Origin: an uncultured Rhizobacter sp.
GTDB lineage: Bacteria; Pseudomonadota; Gammaproteobacteria; Burkholderiales; Burkholderiaceae_C
Length of the DNA stretch: 64,000 bases
Reading direction: 5' to 3'
Assembly (NCBI GenBank): GCA_964249855.1
Contig: CAXUDL010000027.1
Coordinates: forward strand, 2,953-66,952
Shown here: one piece after another, positions 43,300 through 52,114 of the stretch
Layout of the letters: each line of letters begins with the position of its first letter
Position numbering within the stretch: position 1 is the first letter of the stretch
Made by a program: the position numbers and the translations under genes
The notes under the pieces: model-generated
Seen by the model: only the letters and a program-made list of their open reading frames with translations
Told to the model about the DNA's origin: nothing
The model's database searches: none

Positions 43300-44406
43300 A
43301 TGACCCATCTCATCGTCAGCTTCCTGACTTCGCTATTCGTCAACCTGGCCCTGATCCGCTCGGCGCGGCTTCATGGCGGGCTGTCGGCGGATGCGGACCT
43401 GACGGGACCGCAAAAATTTCATGTCGCGCCGGTGCCGCGAATTGGCGGCATCGGCGTGTTCATCGCGTCGGTGGTCGGCACGTCGTTCGCTTGGGTCCTC
43501 GTCGGGGCGGTGGCGCACGATGCAGCGCTACTGATGCTGTGCAGCTTGCCGGCGTTCCTGTCGGGTGTTGCCGAGGACCTGACGAAGAACGTCTCGCCGC
43601 GGCGACGCCTCTTCTTCACCTGTCTCTCGGCCGCGCTGGGCTGCTGGTTGCTTGGAGCGGTCCTGCCGCGCACGGACATCCCGGGCATCGACTTGCTGAT
43701 GCCGTGGCTGCCGTTTGCTGTCGGCCTCACGTTGCTCTCAGTGACCGGTGTCGCCAACGCGGTCAACATCATCGACGGATTCAACGGCCTCGCGTCGATG
43801 TGCGTGCTGCTGATCTTGCTGGCCATCGCCTATTGCGCAATGCGGGTCGGCGATAGCCTGGTCCTCACCATGGCGCTGATCTCGGCCGGCGCGGTCCTTG
43901 GTTTCTTCGTGTGGAACTTCCCGGTTGGGCTCGTTTTCCTGGGCGACGGTGGCGCTTACTTCCTCGGCTTCATCGTGGCTGAACTAGGCGTCCTGCTGAT
44001 TGCGCGCAATCCCACCGTCTCGCCGCTCTTCCCCCTGCTGGCTTGCGCTTACCCCATCTTCGAGACGCTCTTCACCATCTATAGACGCAAGATCCTTAAG
44101 GGCGTGCCGACCGGTGCACCGGACGGCATCCACCTCCACACGCTGATCCACCGACGTATCGTCCGGCAGGCCATCCGCGGCCTGAGCGGCGGCTTTGATC
44201 GGCGGCAGACGGTCCGCAACGCGATGACCTCGCCGTACCTCTGGCTCGTCTGCCTGTTCTCGGTGATGCCGAGCATCGTCTGGTGGGACGATTCACGAAT
44301 CCTCGCGACGTTCCTCCTGTTGTTCATCGTCTCCTACATTTGGCTCTACCGCTGCATCGTCCGCTTCGGTACACCGAAGTGGCTGATATTCGGCGACCAG
44401 CGCTAA
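43300..44406 (+). CDS. WecA/WbpL-type polyprenyl-phosphate HexNAc-1-phosphate transferase (MraY superfamily)
   Basis: NAVNIIDGFNGLA, FLGDGGAYFLGF, multiple TM segments; last gene of module A. Confidence 0.85.
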   Translation: MTHLIVSFLTSLFVNLALIRSARLHGGLSADADLTGPQKFHVAPVPRIGGIGVFIASVVGTSFAWVLVGAVAHDAALLMLCSLPAFLSGVAEDLTKNVSPRRRLFFTCLSAALGCWLLGAVLPRTDIPGIDLLMPWLPFAVGLTLLSVTGVANAVNIIDGFNGLASMCVLLILLAIAYCAMRVGDSLVLTMALISAGAVLGFFVWNFPVGLVFLGDGGAYFLGFIVAELGVLLIARNPTVSPLFPLLACAYPIFETLFTIYRRKILKGVPTGAPDGIHLHTLIHRRIVRQAIRGLSGGFDRRQTVRNAMTSPYLWLVCLFSVMPSIVWWDDSRILATFLLLFIVSYIWLYRCIVRFGTPKWLIFGDQR

Positions 44407-44529
44407 AGGTGCTCGAGGCAGTTGGGCGGGTCGGTACCCGACCACGTGGTTGCGCAGCCGGCGCTTCAAATCTGCGCCCTCCGTCGGCAGGGACCGTGTG
44501 GCGGCGAAGATCGGGATCGTGATCGTCGT

Positions 44530-44889
44530 TGGATCGTCGTAGCCGGCGGGATGCCGGTTCACAATCCACAACTGCGGCGTGCCGACGCCACCGTGCGCTC
44601 CCCATCCGGCAGCAACTCCTCGGAAGATCCGGCCGTGAACGACGGGCCGGAAGAACTGGCTCTTCGTGGGTACACTGATGGTCAGCAGACGCGCCGCCGC
44701 GATCACGAGCCTCATCGAGTCGGCCAAGCTCAACAGGCACGATCCGTATGCCTACCTCAAGGACGTGCTGACCAGGCTCCCGACTAAGCGAGCACGCGAC
44801 ATCGGCGAACTGCTGCCTCATCGGTGGGACCCACTGAGCTGATCGTCGGTATCGAGGCAACGGTCAAGATGACTTGACCGGCCGCTTAT
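44530..44889 (+). mobile_element. IS66-family transposase 3' remnant with putative right terminal repeat
   Basis: Reading 44641-44842 gives TTGRKNWLFVGTLMVSRRAAAITSLIESAKLNRHDPYAYLKDVLTRLPTKRARDIGELLPHRWDPLS*. This is the IS66 TnpC C-terminal signature (GRKNWLF...AKLNG.DP.AYL...LLPW), preceded by an in-frame TGA and frame-shifted homology. The sequence ...GGCCGCTTAT at 44880-44889 resembles the IS66 end ...CGCTTAC. No intact transposase. Confidence 0.7.
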
Positions 44890-45300
44890 GATGGATCAGT
44901 TCCAGTGCCTTGAAGAATAGCCTCCGCAGGCGGGCGGGCATCTGCCAGCAGCGCCGCAACGTCTTGCTATAGGGAAGTTGCGAGAAAGTCGTGTCGCCCT
45001 GCGTGAGACGCATCGTGGTCGTCCACAAGACCGCTGCGCGGGATGCCGCCACGCAGACAGAGCTGCTGCAGATCGGCGAGGCCGGATACCGGCAGTTCGG
45101 AAGCAACCAGCGGCGTGAGTTTGAGGTACACGCCCCGCCCGCTAAGGACTCGTTCGACTGGCGCGACAGATCGCCGGACGTCGAGCCTAGCAACAGAAAG
45201 CGCGCACCATAGCGTGCGGGCTCGACGAGCCGTTGCTATCGCACCGGAACACCTGAAGGCGAACCCGCATCTCACGGTGAAGCGTCGGCGGCAGTTGTCG
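44890..45300 (-). pseudogene. AAA+ ATPase (DUF4143 family) gene fragment, frameshifted and truncated at both ends
   Basis: Minus-strand frames joined by eye: ARFLLLGSTSGDLSRQSNESLAGG / RGVYLKLTPLVASELPVSG..LQQLCLRGGIPRSGLVDDHDAS...DFLATSL* / LPYSKTLRRCWQMPARL. The family pattern as I recall it is RFLLLGSAS..LLRQSSESLAGR..YLELTPL...LWLRGGFP.S...TLRRFW.MLA. It needs at least 2 frame changes, and the 3' side abuts the IS66 end at 44889. Confidence 0.5.
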
Positions 45301-45340
45301 GCACATGTGCTGCCCGGGCAGCGGGCCGGCCCCGTCCCTT

Positions 45341-47254
45341 TCACCCGGGCCGATACTCGGCGACGTGACGCTGCAACCAGCGCTTGACTGCAGCGCGGCC
45401 AGACGTCGGCCCCGCCGTATCGAAGCTCTGCCCGAGGTCGGTCAAGAGCCGCACGCCGTCACTTGCGTCGAGCCGCGCGATCCGCAATCTCGGATGCGCA
45501 GACGCCACCGTCCGGTCCGCATCCGCCAGCAACTCCTCGTACAACTTCTCCCCCGGCCGTAGTCCCGTGAACACGATCCCGATCTCCCCCTCCCGGTGCC
45601 CGCTCAGTCGAATCAGATCCCGCGCCAGGTCCACGATCCGCACCGGCTCGCCCATGTCCAGCACGTGCACCTGCCCGCTCTGCGCGAGCACCGCCGCTTG
45701 CAGCACCAGCCGCGCCGCCTCCGGGATCGTCATGAAGTAGCGCGTGATCTCGGGGTGCGTCACCGTCACCGGCCCGCCCTTCGCGATCTGCTCCTTGAAC
45801 TTCGGGATCACGCTGCCGCTCGACCCGAGCACATTGCCGAAACGAACCGCGGAAAAGCGCGTGAGATGACCCTGCGTCGCCATGTGCGACAGCACCATCT
45901 CCGCCGCCCGCTTCGTCGCCCCCATCACGTTGGTCGGATTCACCGCCTTGTCGGTCGAGATCAGCACGAAGCGGTCGACGCCGACCTCCGCCGCCGCGGT
46001 CGCCGCATTCCACGTGCCGACCACGTTGTTCTGCAGCGCCGCCCAGGCGTTCTCGTCCTCCATCAACGGCACGTGCTTGAACGCCGCGGCGTGGAAGACG
46101 AGCTGCGGCCGCTGCGCCGCGAAGGTCGCGCGCAGGTGGGCGACATCCTTCACGTCACCCATCAGGCGCACCAGCGGCAGTTGCGGATGCAGCTCGCCCA
46201 GCTGCTGCTCGATCCGGTAGAGCGCGAACTCGCCCAGCTCGTAGAGAACGATCCGCCCGGGGCCGTAGCGCGCCACTTGGCGGCAGAGCTCGCTGCCGAT
46301 CGAGCCGCCCGCGCCGGTCACGAGCACGGTCTTGCCCGAGATCATCTCGGCGATGCCGGCCTCGTCGAGCTCGACCGGCTCGCGGCCGAGCAGGTCGTCG
46401 GGCTCGATGCTGCGCACGCGCTCGATGCGGGCGCTGCCCGACTGCAGCTCGCTCGCCGACGGCACGGTCAACACCTTGAGGCCCGTGCCCGCGGCGAGCG
46501 CGATCGCGCGGCGGCGTTCGGCGGCGGTGGCGCCGGGCAAGGCGACGATGGCGTGCGTGGCGTCGCCGCGGACCGCCGGATCGGTCACCGCCTCGAGCGG
46601 CCCGAGCACCGAGACGCTGCCGATGCGCGCATCGCGCTTGGCCGGGTCGTCGTCGAGCAGGCCGGTGACGATCCAGCCCTGCTGGTGGACCATCGCGAGC
46701 AGCCGCTGCGCCGCCTCGCCGGCACCGAGCACGACGGCGCGCCGCACACCGGCATCGCTGCCCGAGAGCCGCGACCGGATGTGCTCGTACAGCATCCGGT
46801 AGCCGACCCGCACCATGCACAGACCGATCAGCGTGATGAACGGGTGCAGCGCCAGCACCGCCCGCGGCACGGCCGTCAGCTGCGCCATCAGCACCGCGAC
46901 GGCACAGAAGAGCCCGGCCGCGCCGCAGGCGAGCGTCAGCCGCTTCACCTCGCCGAAGCCCGAGAAGCGCCACATGCCGCGCGGAATGCCGGCGAGCGAG
47001 AACACGGCGAGATAGACCGCGACGACGAAGACGAGCACACCGCCGTCGTAGCTCGGCCGCGCCTGCACCCAGCGCTCGAAGCCGAGGCGGAACAGATAGG
47101 TGACGTTCCAGCAGATCGCGACGACGACGCCGTCGACGGCGAGCGAGATCGGACGCCGGTGCGGTCGCACGCGCCCGAGGACGCGATCCAGGCGCTGCCA
47201 GAACAAGAGCGTCGACGCGTCGGCCCCGCGGGTGCCGACGTGCGGGCCGTTCAC
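45341..47254 (-). CDS. membrane-anchored UDP-HexNAc 4,6-dehydratase (WbpM/PglF/CapD family)
   Basis: Four N-terminal TM helices, then VLVTGAGGSIGSELCRQV, STDKAVNPTNVMGATKR. 637 aa, GTG start. Confidence 0.88.
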   Translation of the reverse strand: MNGPHVGTRGADASTLLFWQRLDRVLGRVRPHRRPISLAVDGVVVAICWNVTYLFRLGFERWVQARPSYDGGVLVFVVAVYLAVFSLAGIPRGMWRFSGFGEVKRLTLACGAAGLFCAVAVLMAQLTAVPRAVLALHPFITLIGLCMVRVGYRMLYEHIRSRLSGSDAGVRRAVVLGAGEAAQRLLAMVHQQGWIVTGLLDDDPAKRDARIGSVSVLGPLEAVTDPAVRGDATHAIVALPGATAAERRRAIALAAGTGLKVLTVPSASELQSGSARIERVRSIEPDDLLGREPVELDEAGIAEMISGKTVLVTGAGGSIGSELCRQVARYGPGRIVLYELGEFALYRIEQQLGELHPQLPLVRLMGDVKDVAHLRATFAAQRPQLVFHAAAFKHVPLMEDENAWAALQNNVVGTWNAATAAAEVGVDRFVLISTDKAVNPTNVMGATKRAAEMVLSHMATQGHLTRFSAVRFGNVLGSSGSVIPKFKEQIAKGGPVTVTHPEITRYFMTIPEAARLVLQAAVLAQSGQVHVLDMGEPVRIVDLARDLIRLSGHREGEIGIVFTGLRPGEKLYEELLADADRTVASAHPRLRIARLDASDGVRLLTDLGQSFDTAGPTSGRAAVKRWLQRHVAEYRPG

Positions 47255-47258
47255 CCTC

Positions 47259-47855
47259 TCACCTCCACCAGACGCGCCGCAGGGTCTGCCCGATCAGCCG
47301 CAGGTCGGTCGCGAGCGACATCGTCTCGACATAGCGCACGGAATGGCGCAGCTTCGTCGGCATCACCTCCTCGACGTAGACGCGCTCGGGGTCGCTCGCG
47401 AGGGCGAGCAGCGCGTTCTCGTCGCGGTACGCGATCGACGCCGGGTCGGTGATGCCCGGCCGCACACTCAGCACCTTGGCGCGAAGTTCGGCGGGGTAGA
47501 GCGCGACATAGCGCGGCACCTCGGGCCGCGGGCCGACGAGGCTCATGGTGCCGGCGATCACGTCGAACAGCTGGGGCAGCTCGTCGAGCTTGGTGCGGCG
47601 CAGGAGCCGGCCGACCCGGGTGATGCGCGGGTCGGCGCCGACGGTGATCTGCGGCCCGCTTCCGACCGCGTCCGCGCGCATGGTGCGGAACTTGTGGATG
47701 CGGAACGGCACGCCGCGCCGGCCGACTCTTTGCTGGCGGAAGAACACCGGACCGGGCGAATCGAGCTTGATGACGAGGGCGATGAGCACCATCGAGGGTG
47801 CCAAGACGAGCAGGGCGAAGGAGGCGGCGAACAGGTCGAACAGGCGCTTGGCCAT
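47259..47855 (-). CDS. small monotopic phosphoglycosyl transferase (PglC/WbaP-C-domain type bacterial sugar transferase)
   Basis: MAKRLFDLFAASFALLVLAPSMVLIALVIKLDSPGPVFFRQQRVG..., KFRTM, DELPQLFDV, SLVGPRP, PGITD. 198 aa from ATG 47855. Confidence 0.88.
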   Translation of the reverse strand: MAKRLFDLFAASFALLVLAPSMVLIALVIKLDSPGPVFFRQQRVGRRGVPFRIHKFRTMRADAVGSGPQITVGADPRITRVGRLLRRTKLDELPQLFDVIAGTMSLVGPRPEVPRYVALYPAELRAKVLSVRPGITDPASIAYRDENALLALASDPERVYVEEVMPTKLRHSVRYVETMSLATDLRLIGQTLRRVWWR

Positions 47856-47863
47856 CCGCAGGA

Positions 47864-48448
47864 TCACGGCGCCTCGGGGTTCGTCTCCGCCGGGGGATCG
47901 ACGCCGTCGAAGACGTCGGCGAGCGCGACCGAACAGCCGATGCTGGCGGCTTCCAAGGCCTCGGCCTGGCTCATGTCGTGGAACGTCCACTGCCCGTCGG
48001 CGGTCCGGCGGAAACTCTCGACGCGGTGGGTGCCCGGGTCGACGAGGACGTATTCGCGCAACGACTCGAGCCGGCGGTAGAGCGCGAACTTCTGGCTGCG
48101 GTCGTAGGCCTGGGTCGCCGGCGACAGGACTTCGACGACGAACGTCGGCGCGCGGAAGATCCGCTCGGTGGCGAGGTCCGCCTTGTCGCAAGTCACGAAA
48201 ACGTCGGGGTAGAGGATCGAGTCGTCGCCGATTTGAAGCTGCATCCCTTCGGTGAAGACCTGGCAGGGTGACCCCTTCAACTGCCTTCTCAGTTCGCCGT
48301 TCAGATTCGAGACGATGCGACCGTGCACCCGCTCGGCGCCGACCATGGCGAACACCTCGCCCTTGGAGAACTCGTTCCGCCCGGGCTGCAACTCCTCCCA
48401 GGCAAGGAAGTCGGCGAGCGAAAAACAAAGCTGGGTGCGTGCGTTCAT
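47864..48448 (-). CDS. Uma2 (DUF820) family PD-(D/E)xK-like endonuclease
   Basis: 194 aa; PTFVVEVLSPATQAYDRSQKFALYRRLESLREYVLVDP is the characteristic Uma2 core. Sits 8 nt upstream of the sugar transferase and 21 nt downstream of the aminotransferase. Confidence 0.75.
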   Translation of the reverse strand: MNARTQLCFSLADFLAWEELQPGRNEFSKGEVFAMVGAERVHGRIVSNLNGELRRQLKGSPCQVFTEGMQLQIGDDSILYPDVFVTCDKADLATERIFRAPTFVVEVLSPATQAYDRSQKFALYRRLESLREYVLVDPGTHRVESFRRTADGQWTFHDMSQAEALEAASIGCSVALADVFDGVDPPAETNPEAP

Positions 48449-48469
48449 GCGGCCTCCGCTGCGTGACCC

Positions 48470-49627
48470 TCATCCTAGCGCTGTGCGCACAGCCCCTGCG
48501 ACGCGCTCGACATCGGCGTCTCCCATCCGCGTGTAGATCGGCAGGCTGAGCATGCGCTCGTAGGCATGCTGGCTGTGCGGGAACGCCTCCGGCCGCAGGC
48601 CGTACCGATCGCGCCAGTACGGCTGCTGGTGCAGCGGGATGTAGTGCACGCTGCAGCCGATTCCCTGCTTGAACAGGTACTCGATCAGCGCGTCGCGGCC
48701 GATCGGCGCACCCTCGGCGAGCCGCAGGACGTAGAGGTGCCACGCGTGCATGTCGCCCGCCGGCGCACCGGGCGGCACGACGACCGGCAGGTCGGCGAAC
48801 GCCGCGTCGTACCGCGCGGCGATCTCGGCGCGGCGCTGCCGGAACGCGTGCACGCGCTTCAATTGCTGCAGCCCGAGCGCCGCCGCGATGTCCGTCAGGT
48901 TGTACTTGAACCCCGGGGCGACGATCTCGTAGTACCAACTCGGCGCCTTGGCGGTGAAGCGGTCGAAGGCGTCGCGGCTCATGCCGTGCAGGCGCATCAC
49001 GGCGATGCGCCGGGCGAGCGCGGCGTCACGCGTGACCACCATGCCGCCCTCGCCGGTCGTCATCGTCTTGTTGGCGTAGAAGCTGAAGACGGTGACGTCG
49101 GAGTCGAGCGTGCCGACGAGCCGCCCGCCGATCGTCGTCGGCAAGGCGTGCGCGGCGTCCTCGACGACCTTCAGGCCGTGGCGCCGGGCGATGTCGAGGA
49201 TCGCCGGCATGTCGGCCGCGAGCCCGCCGAAGTGCACCGGCACGATGGCCTTGGTGCGCGGCGTGACCGCGGCCTCAACCAGCGCCGGGTCGATGCAGAG
49301 CGTCTTCGGATCGATGTCGACGAGCACCACGTCGGCGCCGAGATAGCGCGCGACCTCGGCGGTGGCGGTGAAGGTGTGCGTCGTCGTGATGACCTCGTCG
49401 CCCGGCCCGATGCCGAGCGCCTCGAGCGCGAGGTGCAGGCCGGCCGTCGCCGAATTGACGGCGAGCGACCGGAGCGAGGGGTCGCCGAGGAAAGCGCTGA
49501 AATCGTCCTCGAAGCGCTTGGCCTTCGGGCCGGTCGTGACCCAGCCCGAGCGCAGCGTGTCGACCACTTCGGCGATTTCGGCCTCGCCGATGTCGGGCTG
49601 GGCGAAGGGGAGGAAAACGGGGATCAC
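48470..49627 (-). CDS. DegT/DnrJ/EryC1/StrS-family PLP aminotransferase (PglE/WbpE-like sugar 4-aminotransferase)
   Basis: [28 protein letters not shown]..., [21 protein letters not shown] (PLP Lys). GTG 49627 overlaps the vapC stop (GTGA). Confidence 0.88.
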   Translation of the reverse strand: MIPVFLPFAQPDIGEAEIAEVVDTLRSGWVTTGPKAKRFEDDFSAFLGDPSLRSLAVNSATAGLHLALEALGIGPGDEVITTTHTFTATAEVARYLGADVVLVDIDPKTLCIDPALVEAAVTPRTKAIVPVHFGGLAADMPAILDIARRHGLKVVEDAAHALPTTIGGRLVGTLDSDVTVFSFYANKTMTTGEGGMVVTRDAALARRIAVMRLHGMSRDAFDRFTAKAPSWYYEIVAPGFKYNLTDIAAALGLQQLKRVHAFRQRRAEIAARYDAAFADLPVVVPPGAPAGDMHAWHLYVLRLAEGAPIGRDALIEYLFKQGIGCSVHYIPLHQQPYWRDRYGLRPEAFPHSQHAYERMLSLPIYTRMGDADVERVAGAVRTALG

Positions 49628-50061
49628 GAAACGATGCCCAAAGTGACCAGGTGCTTGACTGCAGCGCCTGGCACCGCCGCGATCGAAATGCCTCGGTCGA
49701 AGGTCACGAAGCGTGCGTCCCGTTCCACTGCAAGCGACAGCAGGTAGGTATCCGTGATCTGGCGCGAGGTCAGCACTCGATCCCAGCGCAAGCGTCCTTC
49801 GTCCAGGAGACTGAAGGAATCCGGCCAGAACTCGTGACTCCGATCGATCGCGGCGCGCAAACTCCGAACGATCACCGCAGTCGGCTGCGAGTTGGCGTAA
49901 GACGGCTGGGAGAGAACACGCAAACAGCCGTTTTGCGTCGATGGGCAGGAAGCCCAGCCCTGGCGGCGGTGCGTCTGCAGCCAGTCGCAGGACGCCCGAT
50001 GGTGAAGGTGGCCCTCATCGAGAAGCGCCACGCGCACGTCGACATCGAGCAGTGCCCGCAC
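49624..50061 (-). CDS. vapC: PIN-domain ribonuclease toxin VapC
   Basis: GTG 50061, then [21 protein letters not shown]...[23 protein letters not shown]: N-terminal Asp, DxYL and TFD acidic positions of PIN toxins. Starts 1 nt after the vapB stop. Confidence 0.75.
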   Translation of the reverse strand: MRALLDVDVRVALLDEGHLHHRASCDWLQTHRRQGWASCPSTQNGCLRVLSQPSYANSQPTAVIVRSLRAAIDRSHEFWPDSFSLLDEGRLRWDRVLTSRQITDTYLLSLAVERDARFVTFDRGISIAAVPGAAVKHLVTLGIVS

Positions 50062-50062
50062 C

Positions 50063-50320
50063 TCAGATGCCTTCCTCGTCGCGAGTGCGATTGACCATTC
50101 CGTTGGTGACGACCACCCCGGGCTTGGCTGGAAAGGGCACGAACCCGAGCACCCCACGGCGCCGCTTGGACGGTGGCACCTCGTCGTTGGAACCGCTCGT
50201 CCCGGTCAACGAGCGCCGCAGCAGCGCCGAAACGACCTGCCCGGCGGTTCGATTCTCGCGGCGGGCCAGTTCCTTGGCCGCGGACAGCAGGTCATCGTCG
50301 ATGTCGATGGTCGTACGCAT
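50063..50320 (-). CDS. vapB: type II antitoxin VapB
   Basis: MRTTIDIDDDLLSAAKELARRENRTAGQVVSALLRRSL, the stereotyped N-terminus of VapB-family antitoxins. 85 aa from ATG 50320. Confidence 0.75.
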   Translation of the reverse strand: MRTTIDIDDDLLSAAKELARRENRTAGQVVSALLRRSLTGTSGSNDEVPPSKRRRGVLGFVPFPAKPGVVVTNGMVNRTRDEEGI

Positions 50321-51071
50321 GGGAACTCCCGGAGATGCTGTGATGAGGCGATGCGCCGATTCTCGGTGGCCTTTCGATCCAGGCCAGCACATGCGTTCGC
50401 AGAGGCGCGAACGCGTTCAGCAAGCGGTACAGCGCTGGATGCCACCGCGCCACCACCCGGGCGATCGGCGGCGCCAGCGTGACCCGCCGGGCATCGATCC
50501 GGCCTTCCGGGAACAGCGCCCGGATGCGCGCCAGCGGTACGCCGCGCACATCCCGGTTCCGCGGGTTGTCGACGGTGAAGTCGTACCAGAGCACGCCGCC
50601 GCCCGGGCGCACGCACGCCCACATGCGGTCGGCGAGGCGCTGCTGGAACGCGTCGTCGAGCAGCGAAGAGAAGACGGTCGCCTGGTGGACGATGTCGAAG
50701 CTCGCCGGCGCGAAGTCGCAGACCGCCGGATCGGCGGCGTCGCCGAGGCGCAGGTCGAGCCCCGCCGGCAGCCGCGCGCGGGCGTCTTCGAAGCGCTCGG
50801 GCAGCAGCTCGATGCCGCAGAGGCGGTCGGCGGCGAAGCCGAAGCGCAGGAAGTCGAGCAGGTTGCCGCCGCTGCCGCAGCCGACCTCGAGCAGGCGCAG
50901 CGACGGCAGGTCGGTCAGGCGGTGCTCGCGCAGCAGCTGCAGCGTGACGCGCTGGCGTTCCTGGTGCGCCGCGAGCGCGGCGGCGTCGAAGAAGCTGTAG
51001 CGCGGGTCGTGGGCGAGGCGGCGCGCATACCGTGCGCGAACGCCTTCGGCGCCTTCGTCGTCGTCGTGCAT
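50292..51071 (-). CDS. class I SAM-dependent methyltransferase
   Basis: 259 aa from ATG 51071 (ATGA overlap with the upstream GT2). SAM box LLEVGCGSGGNL, FDIVHQATVFSSL, VRPGGGVLWYDF. The odd His/Ser/Arg-rich tail overlaps the vapB start by 29 nt. Confidence 0.8.
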   Translation of the reverse strand: MHDDDEGAEGVRARYARRLAHDPRYSFFDAAALAAHQERQRVTLQLLREHRLTDLPSLRLLEVGCGSGGNLLDFLRFGFAADRLCGIELLPERFEDARARLPAGLDLRLGDAADPAVCDFAPASFDIVHQATVFSSLLDDAFQQRLADRMWACVRPGGGVLWYDFTVDNPRNRDVRGVPLARIRALFPEGRIDARRVTLAPPIARVVARWHPALYRLLNAFAPLRTHVLAWIERPPRIGASPHHSISGSSHAYDHRHRR

Positions 51072-52114
51072 CAGCGGGTCAGCGACGCGAAGCGGTCGCG
51101 GCCGGCGCCGCGGCGTGCCGCGTCCCAGGCGCCGAGCAGCGAACCGATGCCGTAGCCGAAGTGATAGGCGCCGATCGCGAGCGGCACGCGCAACGCCGCC
51201 GCGGCATCGATCCGCACCGACCCGACGACGAGTGCGGTCATGGCGACGACCGCGTAGCCGTACGTCAGCGCCAGGGCGGCGAGCGGCCAGCGCGGGCCGC
51301 CGACGAGCGCGAGCAGCAGCGTCGACGCCAGCATCGCGACGAAGGCGCCGGGGATCAGCTGCCGCGCCGACGCCGCCTGCCCGTGCTTCTTCATCACGAA
51401 GGGCTTCCAGTAGCCGTACTGCAGATATTGCCGGAAGACCTGCGCGAGCCGCGCCCGCGGCCGGTAGGCGCTGCGGATCGCCGCCGATTGCCACACCCGC
51501 CCGCCGCCGCGGACGATGCGCAGGTTGTGCTCGTCGTCCTGGTTGCGCACGAGCGTCTCGTCGAAGCCGCCGACGCGCTCGAAGGTGGCACGCGGCCAGC
51601 AGCCGAGGTAGACGGTGTCGACCGGGCCGCTGTAGGCCAGGTCCCGCGAGCGCGCGCCGCCGGCGACCCAGCGCGACTGGAACGCCGCGGCCACGGCGCA
51701 CTGCGTCGGCCCGGCACCGGCGTCGGGCTCGGCGCGCCAGGGGCCGCCGACGTTGTCCGCGCCGCTCGCGGCCAGCGCCTCGAGACACGCGGCGATGTAG
51801 TCGGCCGCGTAGTCGGTGTGCACGTCCATCCGGACGACGACCTCGCCGGAGGCCCGGGCGAGCGCGGCGTTCAGGCCGCTCGAGACGATGCGGCGCGGAT
51901 TCGGCAGGCACTCGATGCGCGGATCGGCGGCCGCGAGGCGCTGCAGCAGCTCGGCGCTGCCGTCGTCGCTGGCGCCGTCGGCGACGAGCAGTTGCAGGCT
52001 GCGGCCGGCCGGCAGGCGCTGGCCGAGCACGGCCACGCAGAAGGCCTCGAGGTAGCGCCGCTCGTTGCGGCACGGCACGATCACCGACACCCGGCCCGGC
52101 ACGGCGTCACGCAT
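51071..52114 (-). CDS. glycosyltransferase family 2 with C-terminal TM segments
   Basis: VSVIVPCRNERRYLEA, ADGASDDGS, VRNQDDEHNLR, then hydrophobic helices. Confidence 0.82.
   Translation of the reverse strand: MRDAVPGRVSVIVPCRNERRYLEAFCVAVLGQRLPAGRSLQLLVADGASDDGSAELLQRLAAADPRIECLPNPRRIVSSGLNAALARASGEVVVRMDVHTDYAADYIAACLEALAASGADNVGGPWRAEPDAGAGPTQCAVAAAFQSRWVAGGARSRDLAYSGPVDTVYLGCWPRATFERVGGFDETLVRNQDDEHNLRIVRGGGRVWQSAAIRSAYRPRARLAQVFRQYLQYGYWKPFVMKKHGQAASARQLIPGAFVAMLASTLLLALVGGPRWPLAALALTYGYAVVAMTALVVGSVRIDAAAALRVPLAIGAYHFGYGIGSLLGAWDAARRGAGRDRFASLTR

Noticed and set aside
44864-45344. Two overlapping minus-strand ORFs (109 and 125 aa), first considered as an IS110 transposase tail or a serine-recombinase N-terminus
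   Set aside because: The motif matches were weak. Joined across a frameshift, the pieces fit the DUF4143 AAA+ ATPase pattern much better, and the last codons of the 109-aa ORF run into the IS66 terminal sequence. Called a pseudogene instead.
50292-52073. 593-aa ORF suggesting a fused multi-domain protein
   Set aside because: Its N-terminal two thirds are an out-of-frame overlap of the GT2 gene (51071..52114). Only the last 259 aa (methyltransferase from ATG 51071) make sense.
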